DNA of 64,000 bases from Ignavibacteriota bacterium (GCA_963787835.1 CAWBEI010000002.1:1824001-1888000), one strand, 5' to 3'. Positions 30,947 through 41,153 are shown, numbered from the stretch's first letter. Notes: generated by a model from the letters alone, not told the origin. Made by a program: numbers and translations.

Positions 30947-32115
30947 GTGTCCGACCTCACCATCACCGTCAACGGCATGAAGTTCGAGAACCCGTTCGTG
31001 CTGGGCTCCGGCCCGCCCGGCACCAACGGCAAGGTCATCGCGCGCAGCTACGACCTCGGTTGGGGCGGCATGGTGTGCAAGACGTTCTCGCTCGACGCGA
31101 GCAAGGTCATCAACACCGCGCCACGCTACGCGAAGCTGCGCGGCCGCACGAGCGAAGAGGTCATCGGCTTCCAGAACATCGAGCTGATCAGCGATCGGCC
31201 GTACGCGGACTGGCTCGACGATCTCCGCCAGCTCAAGAAGAACTATCCGACGAAGATCCTGATCGCGTCGATCATGGAGGAGTACACGAAGGCCAGCTGG
31301 CAGAAGATCGTGCGCGAGGTCCAGGAGACCGGCGTCGACGGCTTCGAGCTCAACCTCAGCTGCCCGCACGGCCTGCCCGAGCGCAAGATGGGATGGCGAT
31401 GGGCGAGAACCCCGACATCGTCGAAGAGGTCTGCGGCTGGGTCAAGGCGGTCAGCAAGCTGCCGGTGTGGGCGAAGATGACGCCGAACGTCGGCAACCCG
31501 ACGGTGCCGGCCGCGGCCGCGCTGCGCGGCGGCGCCGATGGCATCGCGATGATCAACACGATCCTCAGCGTCAGCGGCATCGACCTGAAGACGCTGCGAC
31601 CGATGCCGACCGTCGAGGGCCACAGCGTGCCCGGCGGCTACAGCGGGCAGGCCGTGCGGCCGATCGCGCTGCGCCAGGTCATGGAGGTCGCGCGCGCGAA
31701 CCCCGGCGTCGCGATCAGCGGCATCGGCGGCATCGAGACCGGCTACGACGCCGCGCAGTTCTTCTTGCTCGGCGCGTCGACGGTGCAGGTGTGCACCGGC
31801 GCGATGCTCCGCGGCTACGAGATCATCAGCGAGCTCAAGGAAGAGCTGTCGAAGTTCATGACCGACCACAAGTTCGGCAACGTGCGCGACTTCATCGGCA
31901 AGTCGCTGCCGTACTTCACCACGCACCACGATCTCGTCGATCGCCAGAAGGCGTCGCGCGACGCGAAGGAAGCCGCGCGCGGCGACAAGAAGACCGCGAC
32001 CCAGACGAGCGGGTCTGCGCCGTCCGGCGCGGAGCCAGTGCGAGTCGTGAACCGCGACGTCGAGACCTGGAAGGGCGACATCGCGAAGGAAACCTCGACG
32101 CTGGTGACCAACTGA
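30947..32115 (+). CDS. preA: Dihydropyrimidine dehydrogenase, FMN subunit lacking a C-terminal ferredoxin domain (frameshift ~31392)
   Basis: NPFVLGSGPPGT, QNIELISDR, ELNLSCPHG.PERKMG, WAKMTPN, GIGGIET, VQVCTG. Confidence 0.9.
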
Positions 32116-32127
32116 GACTTTCCGAAT

Positions 32128-32170
32128 CGTGCACGTATACGTGCACGTGAACGTGACACGTGCACGACGT
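32128..32170. repeat. ACGT/CACGTG-rich palindromic intergenic repeat
   Basis: Perfect 20-bp palindrome CGTGCACGTATACGTGCACG followed by further ACGT units. Confidence 0.6.
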
Positions 32171-32179
32171 AGGAGCCCC

Positions 32180-33047
32180 ATGACTCGCACTGTTCTCTCC
32201 GGCTTGATTCAGGCTTCGAATCCGATCAACGACGAGTCGCGCTCGGTCGCCGAGGTCCAGGCGGCGATGCTCGAGAAGCACCTGCCGATGATCCACGACG
32301 CCGGCAAGAAGGGCGTCCAGATCCTGTGCCTGCAGGAGATCTTCAACGGCCCGTACTTCTGCCCGGGCCAGGACAAGCGCTGGTACGACGCCGCCGAGCC
32401 CGTGCCCGGCCCGACGGTCGAGAAGCTCGCGCCGATCGCCGCGAAGTACGGCATGGCGATGGTCGTGCCGCTGTACGAGCGCGAGCAGGCGGGCGTCTAC
32501 TACAACACCGCCGCGATCCTCGACGCCGACGGCAGCTACCTCGGCAAGTATCGCAAGACGCATATCCCGCAGACGAGCGGCTTCTGGGAGAAGTACTTCT
32601 TCCGGCCCGGCAACCTCGGCTATCCGGTGTTCAAGACCCGGTACGCGACGATCGGCGCGTACATCTGTTACGACCGCCACTTCCCGGAGGGCGCGCGCGC
32701 GCTCGGGCTCGACGGGCGCCGAGATCGTCTACAACCCGTCGGCGACGGTCGCCGGGCTGTCGCAGTACCTGTGGAAGATCGAGCAGCCGGCGCACGCGAT
32801 CGCGAACGGCTACTACGTCGGCGCGATCAATCGCGTCGGCACCGAAGCGCCGTGGAACATCGGCAAGTTCTACGGCAACTCGTACTTCGTGAACCCGCGC
32901 GGCGAGATCATCGCGTGCGGCAGCGAGGACAAGGACGAGCTCGTCGTCGCCGAGCTCGACATGGCGATGATCGAGGAGGTCCGCCGCACGTGGCAGTTCT
33001 ATCGCGACCGCCGCCCCGACGCGTACGGTCCGCTCGTGGAGGGGTAA
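32180..33047 (+). CDS. Beta-ureidopropionase (nitrilase superfamily; frameshift ~32712)
   Basis: Glu-Lys-Cys triad in LCLQEIF, YRKTHIP and ICYDRHFPE; ends WQFYRDRRPDAY; AGGAG ribosome-binding site. Confidence 0.9.
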
Positions 33048-33049
33048 CG

Positions 33050-34456
33050 ATGACGCGCACGCTGATCCAGGGCGGCACCGTGGTGACCGCGAGCGACACG
33101 TTCGTCGCCGACGTCTGGATCGAGAACGGCAAGATCGTCGCGCTGCAGGCGCCGGGCCTCAAGGTCGACGACGCGGAGCTCGTCGACGCGACCGGGTAGC
33201 TACGTCATCCCGGGCGGCATCGATTGCCACACGCACATGTCGCTGCCGTTCGGCGGCACGACCGCGTCGGATGACTTTCACACCGGCACGGTCGCGGCCG
33301 CGCACGGCGGCACGACGACGATCGTGGACTTCGCGATCCAGAGCAAGGGCCAGTCGATGCGCGCCGGCCTCGACGCGTGGTTCGCCAAGAGCCGAGGGCC
33401 AGGTCGCGGTCGACTACGGCTTCCACATGATCATGACCGAGGCCGAACGCGCAGACGCTCGACGAGATGTCGGCGATGGTCCGCGAGGGCATCACGTCGT
33501 TCAAGATGTTCATGGCCTACCCGGGCGTGTTCCTCGTCGACGATCAGCAGATCTTCCGCGCGATGCTGCGCGCGGGCGAGCTCGGCGCGCTGATCACGAT
33601 GCACGCGGAGATCGGGCTGCCGATCGACGTGCTGGTGCAACGCGCGCTCGCGGAGGGCCACACCGCGCCGGTCTATCACGCGCTCACCCGCCCCGAGGTC
33701 GCCGAGGCGACCGGCACCGAGCGCGCCCTCGCGCTCGCCGAGATGGCGAAGGTCCCCGTGTACATGGTGCACCTGTCCGCGCAGCGCGCGCTCGAGCGCG
33801 TGATGGAGGCGCGCGATCGCGGCCAGGCCGCGTTCGCCGAGACGTGCCCGCAGTATCTGTTCAACACCGAAGACGATCTGCGCGGCGACAGCGGCCCGGA
33901 TGGCGAGTGGAAGGGCGCCGGCTTCGTGTGCACGCCACCGTTGCGGCCCGCGCATCACCACGATCATCTGTGGCGCGGCCTGCGCAACTACGATCTGCAG
34001 GTCGTCGCGACCGATCACTGTCCGTTCTGCATGAAGGATCAGAAGGAGCTCGGCCGCGGCAACTTCTCGAAGATCCCGAACGGCATGCCCGGCGTCGAGA
34101 CGCGGCTGCACCTGCTCTACGAGGGCGTGACGCTCGGCAAGATCTCGATGAACCGCTTCGTCGAGATAACGTCGACCGCGCCCGCGAAGCTGTTCGGCAT
34201 GTATCCGCGCAAGGGCAACATCTGCGTCGGCGCCGACGCCGACGTCGTGGTGTGGGATCCGACGCGCGCCAAGGTGCTCGGCAAGGACACGCTGCACATG
34301 AACGTCGACTACTCGCCGTACGAAGGGCGCCGGGTTCCGGGAAGCCCCAAGGTCGTGCTGTCGCGCGGCGAGGTGATCGTGCGCGACGACGTGTGGGTCG
34401 CGAAGCGCAAGGCGGGTCGCGGTCAGTTCGTGCGCCGCGCGACGTTCGGGCTGTAA
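33050..34456 (+). CDS. hydA: Dihydropyrimidinase / D-hydantoinase (frameshifts ~33197, ~33390, ~33447)
   Basis: PGGIDCHTHM, GGTTTIVDF, SFKMFMAY, HAE, ETCPQYL, ATDHCPF, GADADVV. Confidence 0.92.
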
Positions 34457-34466
34457 CCGAGGCTCG

Positions 34467-34976
34467 CTAGAAGTGCCCCGACACCGCGATGCCGGGATCG
34501 CCCTGCACCGTGGTCGGCGTGATCTGGTAGTCGCGCGTCGCGGTCGGGATCACGTGCTCGTGGCGCCGGGTCGCGAGCACGCCGTCGAGCATGGTCAGGA
34601 TGCCGGCCGCCTGGAAGATGCCGTCGGCCACGAGCAGGAGCTTGCCGGTCGTCTGGCTGCCACAGCTCGCGCTCAGCACCGGACAGCCCGGGCCGCGATC
34701 CGCGAGGTCGAGCCACGGCCCGACGATCGGCACGTCGAGGCGACTGTCGCCCGGATGATCGTGCGAGCCCGCGACGATCACCGACGTGCCGTACGACGCG
34801 GCGAACACGAGCGCGCCGGACGTGAACACCGGCGCGTTCCACTTGTCGCTCGCGTCGTCGCGTGGCGGCGCGGGGTCGGCGACCAGCGATGGCAGCGGCG
34901 CCGGGTCCTGCGCGGCGACGACCGCGGGGACGAGCAGCAGCGCGCTGGCGATCGCGAGTGTGCGGCGGTGGGGCAT
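34467..34976 (-). CDS. Hypothetical secreted/membrane protein
   Basis: Signal peptide MPHRRTLAIASALLLVPAVVAAQ; VPIVGPW motif; C-terminal SGHF. Confidence 0.65.
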   Translation of the reverse strand: MPHRRTLAIASALLLVPAVVAAQDPAPLPSLVADPAPPRDDASDKWNAPVFTSGALVFAASYGTSVIVAGSHDHPGDSRLDVPIVGPWLDLADRGPGCPVLSASCGSQTTGKLLLVADGIFQAAGILTMLDGVLATRRHEHVIPTATRDYQITPTTVQGDPGIAVSGHF

Positions 34977-35014
34977 CGTGGGCGTCTCGAGAACGAGTGG
35001 ATGACCAGCGATCT

Positions 35015-35030
35015 TGCAACGAGCTCGCCA
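35015..35030 (-). promoter_or_regulatory. Sigma54 -24/-12 promoter candidate
   Basis: Minus strand TGGCGAGCTCGTTGCA (GG-N10-GC), about 40 nt upstream of ATG 34976. Confidence 0.5.
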
Positions 35031-35166
35031 CGCGTCGCGCCGAGCACGCCCGCCACGCTCGCGTCGCGATGCCACGGAGACCCGCGCCGCGCGACGTGAT
35101 CGCGCACGTGCTCGATCCGCGCGTTGCACGTGACGCGTGCGCGACGCCGAAGCCGTGCGCGATCGC

Positions 35167-36654
35167 TCAGCCGGTCGCGCGCGCGGGCGCACGCGCGGTG
35201 TGCGCGACCACCGGCCGGACCTCGTAGTCCGCGAGCTCGACGTGGCGCGTGCGGCGCCAGTAGTCGAACGTGAAGCCCGGCCACAGGAGGACGTCGCCGT
35301 CCGGCGCCTGGTACCAGGAGTTGCAGCCCGAGGTCCACACCGTGCGCGCGAGCTTGTGCCGCAGCTCGTCGCCGAACGCGCGCTCGACGCCGGGCCGCAC
35401 GTCGATCGACGCCAGCTGCTTCGCGTCGAGCTCGCCGATCGCGGCCGTCGCGTAGCGTGCCTGCGCCTCGATCATGAAGATCATCGAGTTGTGGCCGAGC
35501 CCGGTGTTCGGGCCCATGAGCAAGAACATGTTCGGGAAGCCGGAGACCGTGATGCCGAGGTAGTTGCGCGCGGTCGTGCGCCACGCGTCGCGCAGATCGA
35601 TGCCGTCGCGCCCGGTGATCGCCATCGAGGCGAGATAGTCGAACGTGCGGAAGCCGGTGCCGCAGATGATCGCGTCGACCTCGCGCTCGCGGCCATCGGC
35701 GGTGCGCACGCCGCGTGCGGTGACCTCGGTGATCGCGTCGGTGACCAGATCGACGTTGTCGCGCTGCAGCGCCGGGTAGTAGTCGTTCGAGATCAGGATG
35801 CGCTTGCAGCCGAGCTGATAGTTCGGCGTGAGCCGCGCGCGCAGCGCGGGATCGGGGACCTGCCGCACGAGGTGCTGGCGCGCCATCTTCTCGCCGAGCT
35901 CGTGGATCGTCTTCGAGTACATGAACACGAGGACGCGGCTCTCGAGCAACCAGTACAGCGTCGAGCGCCGCAGCCAGTGCGCGCCCGGCACGTGCGCGAA
36001 CGCCCAGCGCTCGCGCGCGGTCGTCTCGCGATCCTGCTTGGGCACGATCCACGGCGGCGTGCGCTGGAACACGTCGAGCCGCGCGACGCGCTTGGCGAGC
36101 TCGGGCACGAGCTGGATCGAGCTCGCGCCGGTGCCGATCACCGCGACGCGCTTGCCGGCGAGATCGTAGGCGTGATCCCACTGTGCGGTGTGGAAGCGCT
36201 TGCCCGCGAACTGATCGAGCCCCGGAAGATCGGGCCAGCGCGGCACGTGCAGGCCGCCGTTGCCGAGCACGAGCGAGCGCGCGGTGTACGTGTCGCCGGC
36301 GCGGGTGGTCACCGTCCACGCGGCGGTGTGCTCGTCCCAGCGCGCGGCGCACACGTCGCTGCCGAAGCGCAGGTGCGGCCGCATCCCGAAGTCGGTCGCG
36401 CAGCGCTCGAGGTACGCGAGGATCTCGGGCTGGCCGCTGTACGCGCGCGACCACGTGGGGTTGGGCGCGAACGAGTACGAGTAGAGGTGCGACGGGATAT
36501 CGCACGCCGCGCCCGGATAGGTGTTCTCGCGCCACGTGCCGCCGACGCGATCGGCCTTCTCGAGGATGACGAAGCGCCGATCGCCGGCGCGCGCGAGCGT
36601 GATGCCGGCCGCGAGGCCCGAGAAGCCGGCGCCGATGATCACCGCGGACAGCAT
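35167..36654 (-). CDS. Baeyer-Villiger / flavin-containing monooxygenase
   Basis: GAGFSG, GGTWRENTYPGAACD, FAGKRFHTAQW fingerprint, GTGASS, LGCKRIL. Confidence 0.92.
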   Translation of the reverse strand: MLSAVIIGAGFSGLAAGITLARAGDRRFVILEKADRVGGTWRENTYPGAACDIPSHLYSYSFAPNPTWSRAYSGQPEILAYLERCATDFGMRPHLRFGSDVCAARWDEHTAAWTVTTRAGDTYTARSLVLGNGGLHVPRWPDLPGLDQFAGKRFHTAQWDHAYDLAGKRVAVIGTGASSIQLVPELAKRVARLDVFQRTPPWIVPKQDRETTARERWAFAHVPGAHWLRRSTLYWLLESRVLVFMYSKTIHELGEKMARQHLVRQVPDPALRARLTPNYQLGCKRILISNDYYPALQRDNVDLVTDAITEVTARGVRTADGREREVDAIICGTGFRTFDYLASMAITGRDGIDLRDAWRTTARNYLGITVSGFPNMFLLMGPNTGLGHNSMIFMIEAQARYATAAIGELDAKQLASIDVRPGVERAFGDELRHKLARTVWTSGCNSWYQAPDGDVLLWPGFTFDYWRRTRHVELADYEVRPVVAHTARAPARATG

Positions 36655-36674
36655 GTGCAGCCCGTAGCGTAGTC

Positions 36675-36697
36675 GCTATTGACTGCCAGTCAATAGC
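36675..36697. promoter_or_regulatory. Perfect inverted-repeat operator (TetR-like) in the divergent monooxygenase/yaeQ promoter region
   Basis: GCTATTGACTG-C-CAGTCAATAGC. Confidence 0.6.
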
Positions 36698-36728
36698 TGA
36701 TCGGCCGGGCGTGTTACCGTGCTCGCAA

Positions 36729-37277
36729 ATGGCGCTGTCAGCCGTGATGCGGCGCTTTCACGTCAACCTCGCCGACAGCGACCGCGAGATCTACGCCGAG
36801 CTCGATCTCCGCGTCGCGCAGCATCCGTCCGAGAGCGAGCGCTACCTCGTCGCGCGCGTGCTCGCGCGCATCCTCGAGCACGGCGAGGGCGTCGAGTTCA
36901 GCAAGCTCGGCGTGTCCGATGACGAGGAGCCGGCGATCGTGCAGCGCGATCTGCGCGGCGACCTGGTCGCGTGGATCGAGATCGGCTCGCCGACGCCGGA
37001 CCGGCTGCACAAGGCGAGCAAGGCGAGCCCGCGCGTCGTGGTCTACGCGTGGAAGAACGTGCCCGCGCTGGTCGAGTCGATCGTCCTGCGCAAGGTCTAC
37101 CGCGCCGACGCCATCGAGCTGCGCGCGCTCGTGCCCGAGTGGCTGGACGCGATCGGCTGCAAGCTCGATCGTACGAACAAATGGGATCTCGCGGTCAGCG
37201 GCGGGACCCTGTACCTGACGATCGGCGACGCGTTGTTCGAGGGTACGGCCGACCGCGTCCCGATCCAGATCGGGTAG
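36729..37277 (+). CDS. yaeQ: YaeQ-family protein
   Basis: VNLADSDR, AQHPSESERY, EPAIVQRDL, WIEIG, RLHKA. Confidence 0.88.
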   Translation: MALSAVMRRFHVNLADSDREIYAELDLRVAQHPSESERYLVARVLARILEHGEGVEFSKLGVSDDEEPAIVQRDLRGDLVAWIEIGSPTPDRLHKASKASPRVVVYAWKNVPALVESIVLRKVYRADAIELRALVPEWLDAIGCKLDRTNKWDLAVSGGTLYLTIGDALFEGTADRVPIQIG

Positions 37278-37288
37278 CATCGGCAGCC

Positions 37289-37777
37289 ATGCAGGGGACT
37301 AGCGGTGGTGTCACGCTGCGGCTCGTGTGCTTCGAGCTTCGCGGGCAGGAGCTCGCGCTGCCGATCGGCGACGTGCGCGAGACCTTGCCGCTGCAGCCGA
37401 TCACGCACCTGTTCCTGACCCCGCCGGCGCTCGCGGGCGTGTTCAGCCTGCGCGGCGACATCGTGCCCGCGCTCGATCTCGGCGTGCTGCTCGGCTTGCC
37501 GCGCACCGAGGTCGGCGATGACAGCCGTATCGTCGTGATCTCGAACGACCGCGGTACGGCCGGGGTGGTCGTCGATCGCCTGCGCGACCTCCGCATCCTC
37601 GACCACGAGCCCGAGCCGCCGCCGGCCAGCTTGCCGCCCGAGATCGCGGCGCTGCTGCGCGGCGTGGTCAGCACGCCGACCGGCACCGTGCGGGTGCTCG
37701 ATGTCGGCGCGATCCTTTCGGCGGAGCCGCTGCGGGCTCTCGCGCACGCTCACACCGACGACGCAGGGGCTGCATGA
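37289..37777 (+). CDS. cheW: CheW coupling protein
   Basis: LVCFEL...ALPIGDVRE...GVFSLRGDIVPALDL...GVVVD. Confidence 0.9.
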   Translation: MQGTSGGVTLRLVCFELRGQELALPIGDVRETLPLQPITHLFLTPPALAGVFSLRGDIVPALDLGVLLGLPRTEVGDDSRIVVISNDRGTAGVVVDRLRDLRILDHEPEPPPASLPPEIAALLRGVVSTPTGTVRVLDVGAILSAEPLRALAHAHTDDAGAA

Positions 37778-39867
37778 CTCAAATCCACGCACCGCGACAC
37801 CGCCTCCGGCTCCCCATGTTCTTCAAGCTCCTCGTCGGCTGCTTGACCCTCGCGGCGCTGCTCATCGTCGGCGGCACGTACGTCGTCAAGAACGAGACCC
37901 GCCTGCGCTCGCGCGGCAACTACCTCGCGAAGGCGCGGCGCCGGCTCGATGGCTACATCGATCGCGTCGGCCGTGGCATGACCGGCACGTGCGAGCTGCT
38001 GACGTCGGACGAAGAGCTGCGCACGGGTGTGATGGGCACGCCGGTGCCGGGCACCGGATCCGGCGGCGAGCCGGTCGTCGATCGCTCGGCGGGCGTCGCG
38101 CACGCGAAGGCGATGTACGACTCGCTCAACGGGCGCAACGGGCTGCAGCCGGACATCTTCGCGGTGTTCACGACGACGAATCACCTGGTGTGGACACCGT
38201 CGGGCTCGCCGATCAAGGACAGCGATCTCGCGGTGCTCGCGCCCGTCGAGAAGGTGCGCAACGGCAGCGTGTTCCCGCACGGCGTCGTCATCTTCCAGGG
38301 CGTCGCGTACCAGATGTCGGCCTCGCCGATCCTCGCGCCCAACAGCGACAAGATCGTCGGCGGCATGTTGATGGGCGAGCAGATCGAGCACTACTACAAC
38401 GAGTGGGCCGACTCGAGCGACGACCTGCCCGAGCAGCGGATGCGACCGACGCTGATCAACGGCATCGACATCCTCGCGAGCGCGTGGCCGGTCGACGAGC
38501 GCGGCGAGCTGTCGCGCTCGCTGCAGCCGGACAAGTACGTGGAGGTCAAGGTCGGCGACGACGTGCAGGAGGTCGTGCGCATGAAGAGCGGCGACTACGA
38601 CTTCTACGTCGACGATCTCGCGGGCTACAAGAACGGCGACCCCGGCGTGGTCGGTCGCCTCGTGATCATGCGCAGCCGCGTCGCGCTGCTCGATCCGCAG
38701 ACCGTGCCGTGGGCGGAGATCGTCGCGGGCATCGCGGCGTCGGTGTTGATCGCGCTCGGCATGGCGTTCTGGATCACGCGGCCGATCAAGCAGTTCGTCG
38801 GCCAGTCGCGCGGGCTACTCGCGGGCGATACCGATCTGACGCAGCGGATCGAGGTCGACTCGCGCGACGAGACCGCCGACCTCGCGGAGAACATCAACCA
38901 GGTATTCTCGCGCTTGCACGGGCTCGCGACCGGCGTGCAGTCGGCGGCGTTCCAGGTCGGCGCGTCGAGCGCGGAGATCAGCGCCGCGAGCAAGCAGATG
39001 CTCTCCGGGCTGAAGGATCAGACGCTGAAGATCGAGAGCTCGACGACCGCGGTGACGGAGCTGTCCGCGTCGATCCAGCAGGTCGCCGGCAACGCGGCCC
39101 AGGCGACGCAAGTCGCCGAGGCGTCGAGCACGGCGGTCAACTCGGCGGTGCATCGCATGGAGCAGATCCGCGCGGCGGTCGACGACGCCGCGGAGAAGAT
39201 GCGCGATCTCGGGGAGAGCTCGAAGAGGATCGGTAATATCGTCGAGGTCATTCGCCAGATCAGCGAGCAGACGTCGATGCTCGCGCTCAACGCGTCGATC
39301 GAAGCGGCGCACGCGGGCGAGCAAGGCCGCGGCTTCGCGGTCGTCGCCGACGAGGTCAGCTCGCTCGCGCGGCGTGTCGGCCAGTCCGCGAAGGACATCG
39401 AGGCGCTGATCCAGACGGTCAAGGAGCAGACGCAAGCGGCGGTCGCGTCGATGGACGTGGGGACGCGCGAGGTCGTGAGCGGCGCGGCGCTGGTGACCGG
39501 CACGCTGACCGGCCTCGGCGAGCTGATCACGGTCGTCAAGGACACCGCGACCGCGGTGCAGGAGCAGGCGGTCGTGTCGGACGAGATCGCGCGCAACATG
39601 GACGCCGTGCGCCAGATCGCGGGCGAGGTGCTGACCGGTAGCGAGGAGTCGGTCGTGCAAGCGGAGCGGCTGCACGAGCTCGCGTTCGAGCTCGAGGAGT
39701 CGATCGGAGGCTTCAACCTCGACGGCAATCAGGTCGGCGGCACGAAGGGTGTCGCCGCCGCGCGCAAGGCGGCGAACGCGGCGACCGCGGCCGCGGCGAA
39801 GAAGAAGCGACGCGCGCTACCGAGCGTCGTGAAGCTGGATGCGCTGCCGCCGGACGACGCGAGCTAG
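37774..39867 (+). CDS. Methyl-accepting chemotaxis protein (two TM segments, periplasmic sensor, HAMP)
   Basis: ITRPI, DLTQRI..DE HAMP; QTSMLALNASIEAAHAGEQGRGFAVVADEV hairpin tip. Confidence 0.95.
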   Translation: MTQIHAPRHRLRLPMFFKLLVGCLTLAALLIVGGTYVVKNETRLRSRGNYLAKARRRLDGYIDRVGRGMTGTCELLTSDEELRTGVMGTPVPGTGSGGEPVVDRSAGVAHAKAMYDSLNGRNGLQPDIFAVFTTTNHLVWTPSGSPIKDSDLAVLAPVEKVRNGSVFPHGVVIFQGVAYQMSASPILAPNSDKIVGGMLMGEQIEHYYNEWADSSDDLPEQRMRPTLINGIDILASAWPVDERGELSRSLQPDKYVEVKVGDDVQEVVRMKSGDYDFYVDDLAGYKNGDPGVVGRLVIMRSRVALLDPQTVPWAEIVAGIAASVLIALGMAFWITRPIKQFVGQSRGLLAGDTDLTQRIEVDSRDETADLAENINQVFSRLHGLATGVQSAAFQVGASSAEISAASKQMLSGLKDQTLKIESSTTAVTELSASIQQVAGNAAQATQVAEASSTAVNSAVHRMEQIRAAVDDAAEKMRDLGESSKRIGNIVEVIRQISEQTSMLALNASIEAAHAGEQGRGFAVVADEVSSLARRVGQSAKDIEALIQTVKEQTQAAVASMDVGTREVVSGAALVTGTLTGLGELITVVKDTATAVQEQAVVSDEIARNMDAVRQIAGEVLTGSEESVVQAERLHELAFELEESIGGFNLDGNQVGGTKGVAAARKAANAATAAAAKKKRRALPSVVKLDALPPDDAS

Positions 39868-39959
39868 GCGGCCGTATGCAATCCGGTCTCCGTCGCACGA
39901 TCGGCTCGCGAAGCGCTCGCCTAGACCGACGACAAGGCTCGCCGAGGCTCGCCTAGCTC

Positions 39960-41153
39960 GTGCCGATCGCGCCCGACATCGTCGCCGGCGTGGCGCGCCG
40001 GCTCGCGGAGCACGCCGGCTTCGAGCTGCCGACGTGGGTGGTCGAGGCGCGCGCCGCGGCGCGCATGGCGCGGCTCGGCATCGCGCCGGCGGAATACCTC
40101 GCGTTGATCGAGGCCGCGCGCGGCGCGAGCGAGCTCGGCCAGCTGGTCGAGGCGGTGCGCGTCGGCGAGACCCGGCTGTTTCGTCATCGCACGCAGATCG
40201 CGGCGCTCGCCGAAGCGGTCGCGCCGACCCTGCGCGGGCGCGCGCGGGTGAGCGTGTGGAGCGCGGGCTGCGCGGCGGGCGAAGAGGTCGCGACGCTCGC
40301 GGCCGTGTTGTCGGCGGAGCTGCCCGAGTGCGCGCTGTCGATCATCGGGACCGATGTCAGCGCGGACGCGATTGCGGCGGCGCGCGCGGGGACATTTCCC
40401 GCCGAGGGGCTCGCGCAGATCCCCGAGCCATGGCGCGCGCGCTTCGTGCGCGATGGCGACCGCCGCGTCCGGCTCGAGCCCGAGCTCGCGGCGTGCGTGA
40501 CGTTCGAGCGCGCGAACCTGCTGGATGCACCGCCGGGCGGTGGCTTCGACATCGTGTGGTGTCGCAACGTGCTGATCTATTTTGGCGCGGCCGCGAAGCG
40601 ACGCGTGATCGAGCGCCTGGTCGGGGCGGCGGCAGTCGGCGGGGTCGTGTTCGTCGGATACAGCGAGTCGCTGCGCGAGGTCGCGGAGCTGGATGCACAG
40701 CGCCATGGCGAGGCGGTCTATTACGTCAAGCGCGCGCGCGCGACGGCGACGCCGACGCCCACGATCCGAGCGACGCCGGTGGCAGGAGTGCCGATCACGG
40801 CCGCCGCGGCGCCGGCGACATCGCCGGCAATGTCGACATCGACATCGCCGTCGACATCGACATCGACATCGACATCGACCTCGATGTCGACCTCGGCAGA
40901 GACGATCGCGCTCGCCGGTCATCCAGATGCCGACGAATTGGCCGAAGCGCTCGGTGCGATGCTCGCGAGCCACGCCTTGCGCGCGCTCGCGATCGATCTC
41001 GACGGCGCCGATCTCCTCGGCGACGAGCTCGCGCCCGTGCTCCGGCGCGCGTGCGCCGCGTTGCGTGCGGCCGGCGTCGTCGTCGAGCTGCGCGCCACGC
41101 GATCCGGGGCGCGCCGCTGGCTGTCGCGCCACAACCTGGAGCCCACGACATGA
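39960..41153 (+). CDS. cheR: CheR methyltransferase fused to a C-terminal STAS-like domain
   Basis: ETRLFR, WSAGCAAGEE, FDIVWCRNVLIYF; Ser/Thr linker; then IALAG...LAIDLDGADLLGD...LRAAGVVVEL. Confidence 0.85.
   Translation: MPIAPDIVAGVARRLAEHAGFELPTWVVEARAAARMARLGIAPAEYLALIEAARGASELGQLVEAVRVGETRLFRHRTQIAALAEAVAPTLRGRARVSVWSAGCAAGEEVATLAAVLSAELPECALSIIGTDVSADAIAAARAGTFPAEGLAQIPEPWRARFVRDGDRRVRLEPELAACVTFERANLLDAPPGGGFDIVWCRNVLIYFGAAAKRRVIERLVGAAAVGGVVFVGYSESLREVAELDAQRHGEAVYYVKRARATATPTPTIRATPVAGVPITAAAAPATSPAMSTSTSPSTSTSTSTSTSMSTSAETIALAGHPDADELAEALGAMLASHALRALAIDLDGADLLGDELAPVLRRACAALRAAGVVVELRATRSGARRWLSRHNLEPTT
40833..40892 (+). repeat. (TCGACA)n hexamer repeat encoding the Ser-Thr linker in cheR
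   Basis: tcgacatcgacatc... translates to STSTSPSTSTSTSTSTSMST. Confidence 0.75.

Noticed and set aside
32129-33199. Ureidopropionase-dihydropyrimidinase fusion suggested by the ORF track
   Set aside because: Caused by the frameshift near 32712; the correct frame stops at TAA 33045-33047 and hydA starts at 33050.
39903-39956. CRISPR-like repeat pair GGCTCGC...GCTCGCCTAG between MCP and cheR
   Set aside because: Only two imperfect copies with an 11-nt gap and no cas genes; at most a small dispersed repeat.
39839-41149. 1337-aa CheA with a long N-terminal extension
   Set aside because: The extension is an off-frame reading of cheR; the plausible start is ATG 41150, overlapping the cheR stop.
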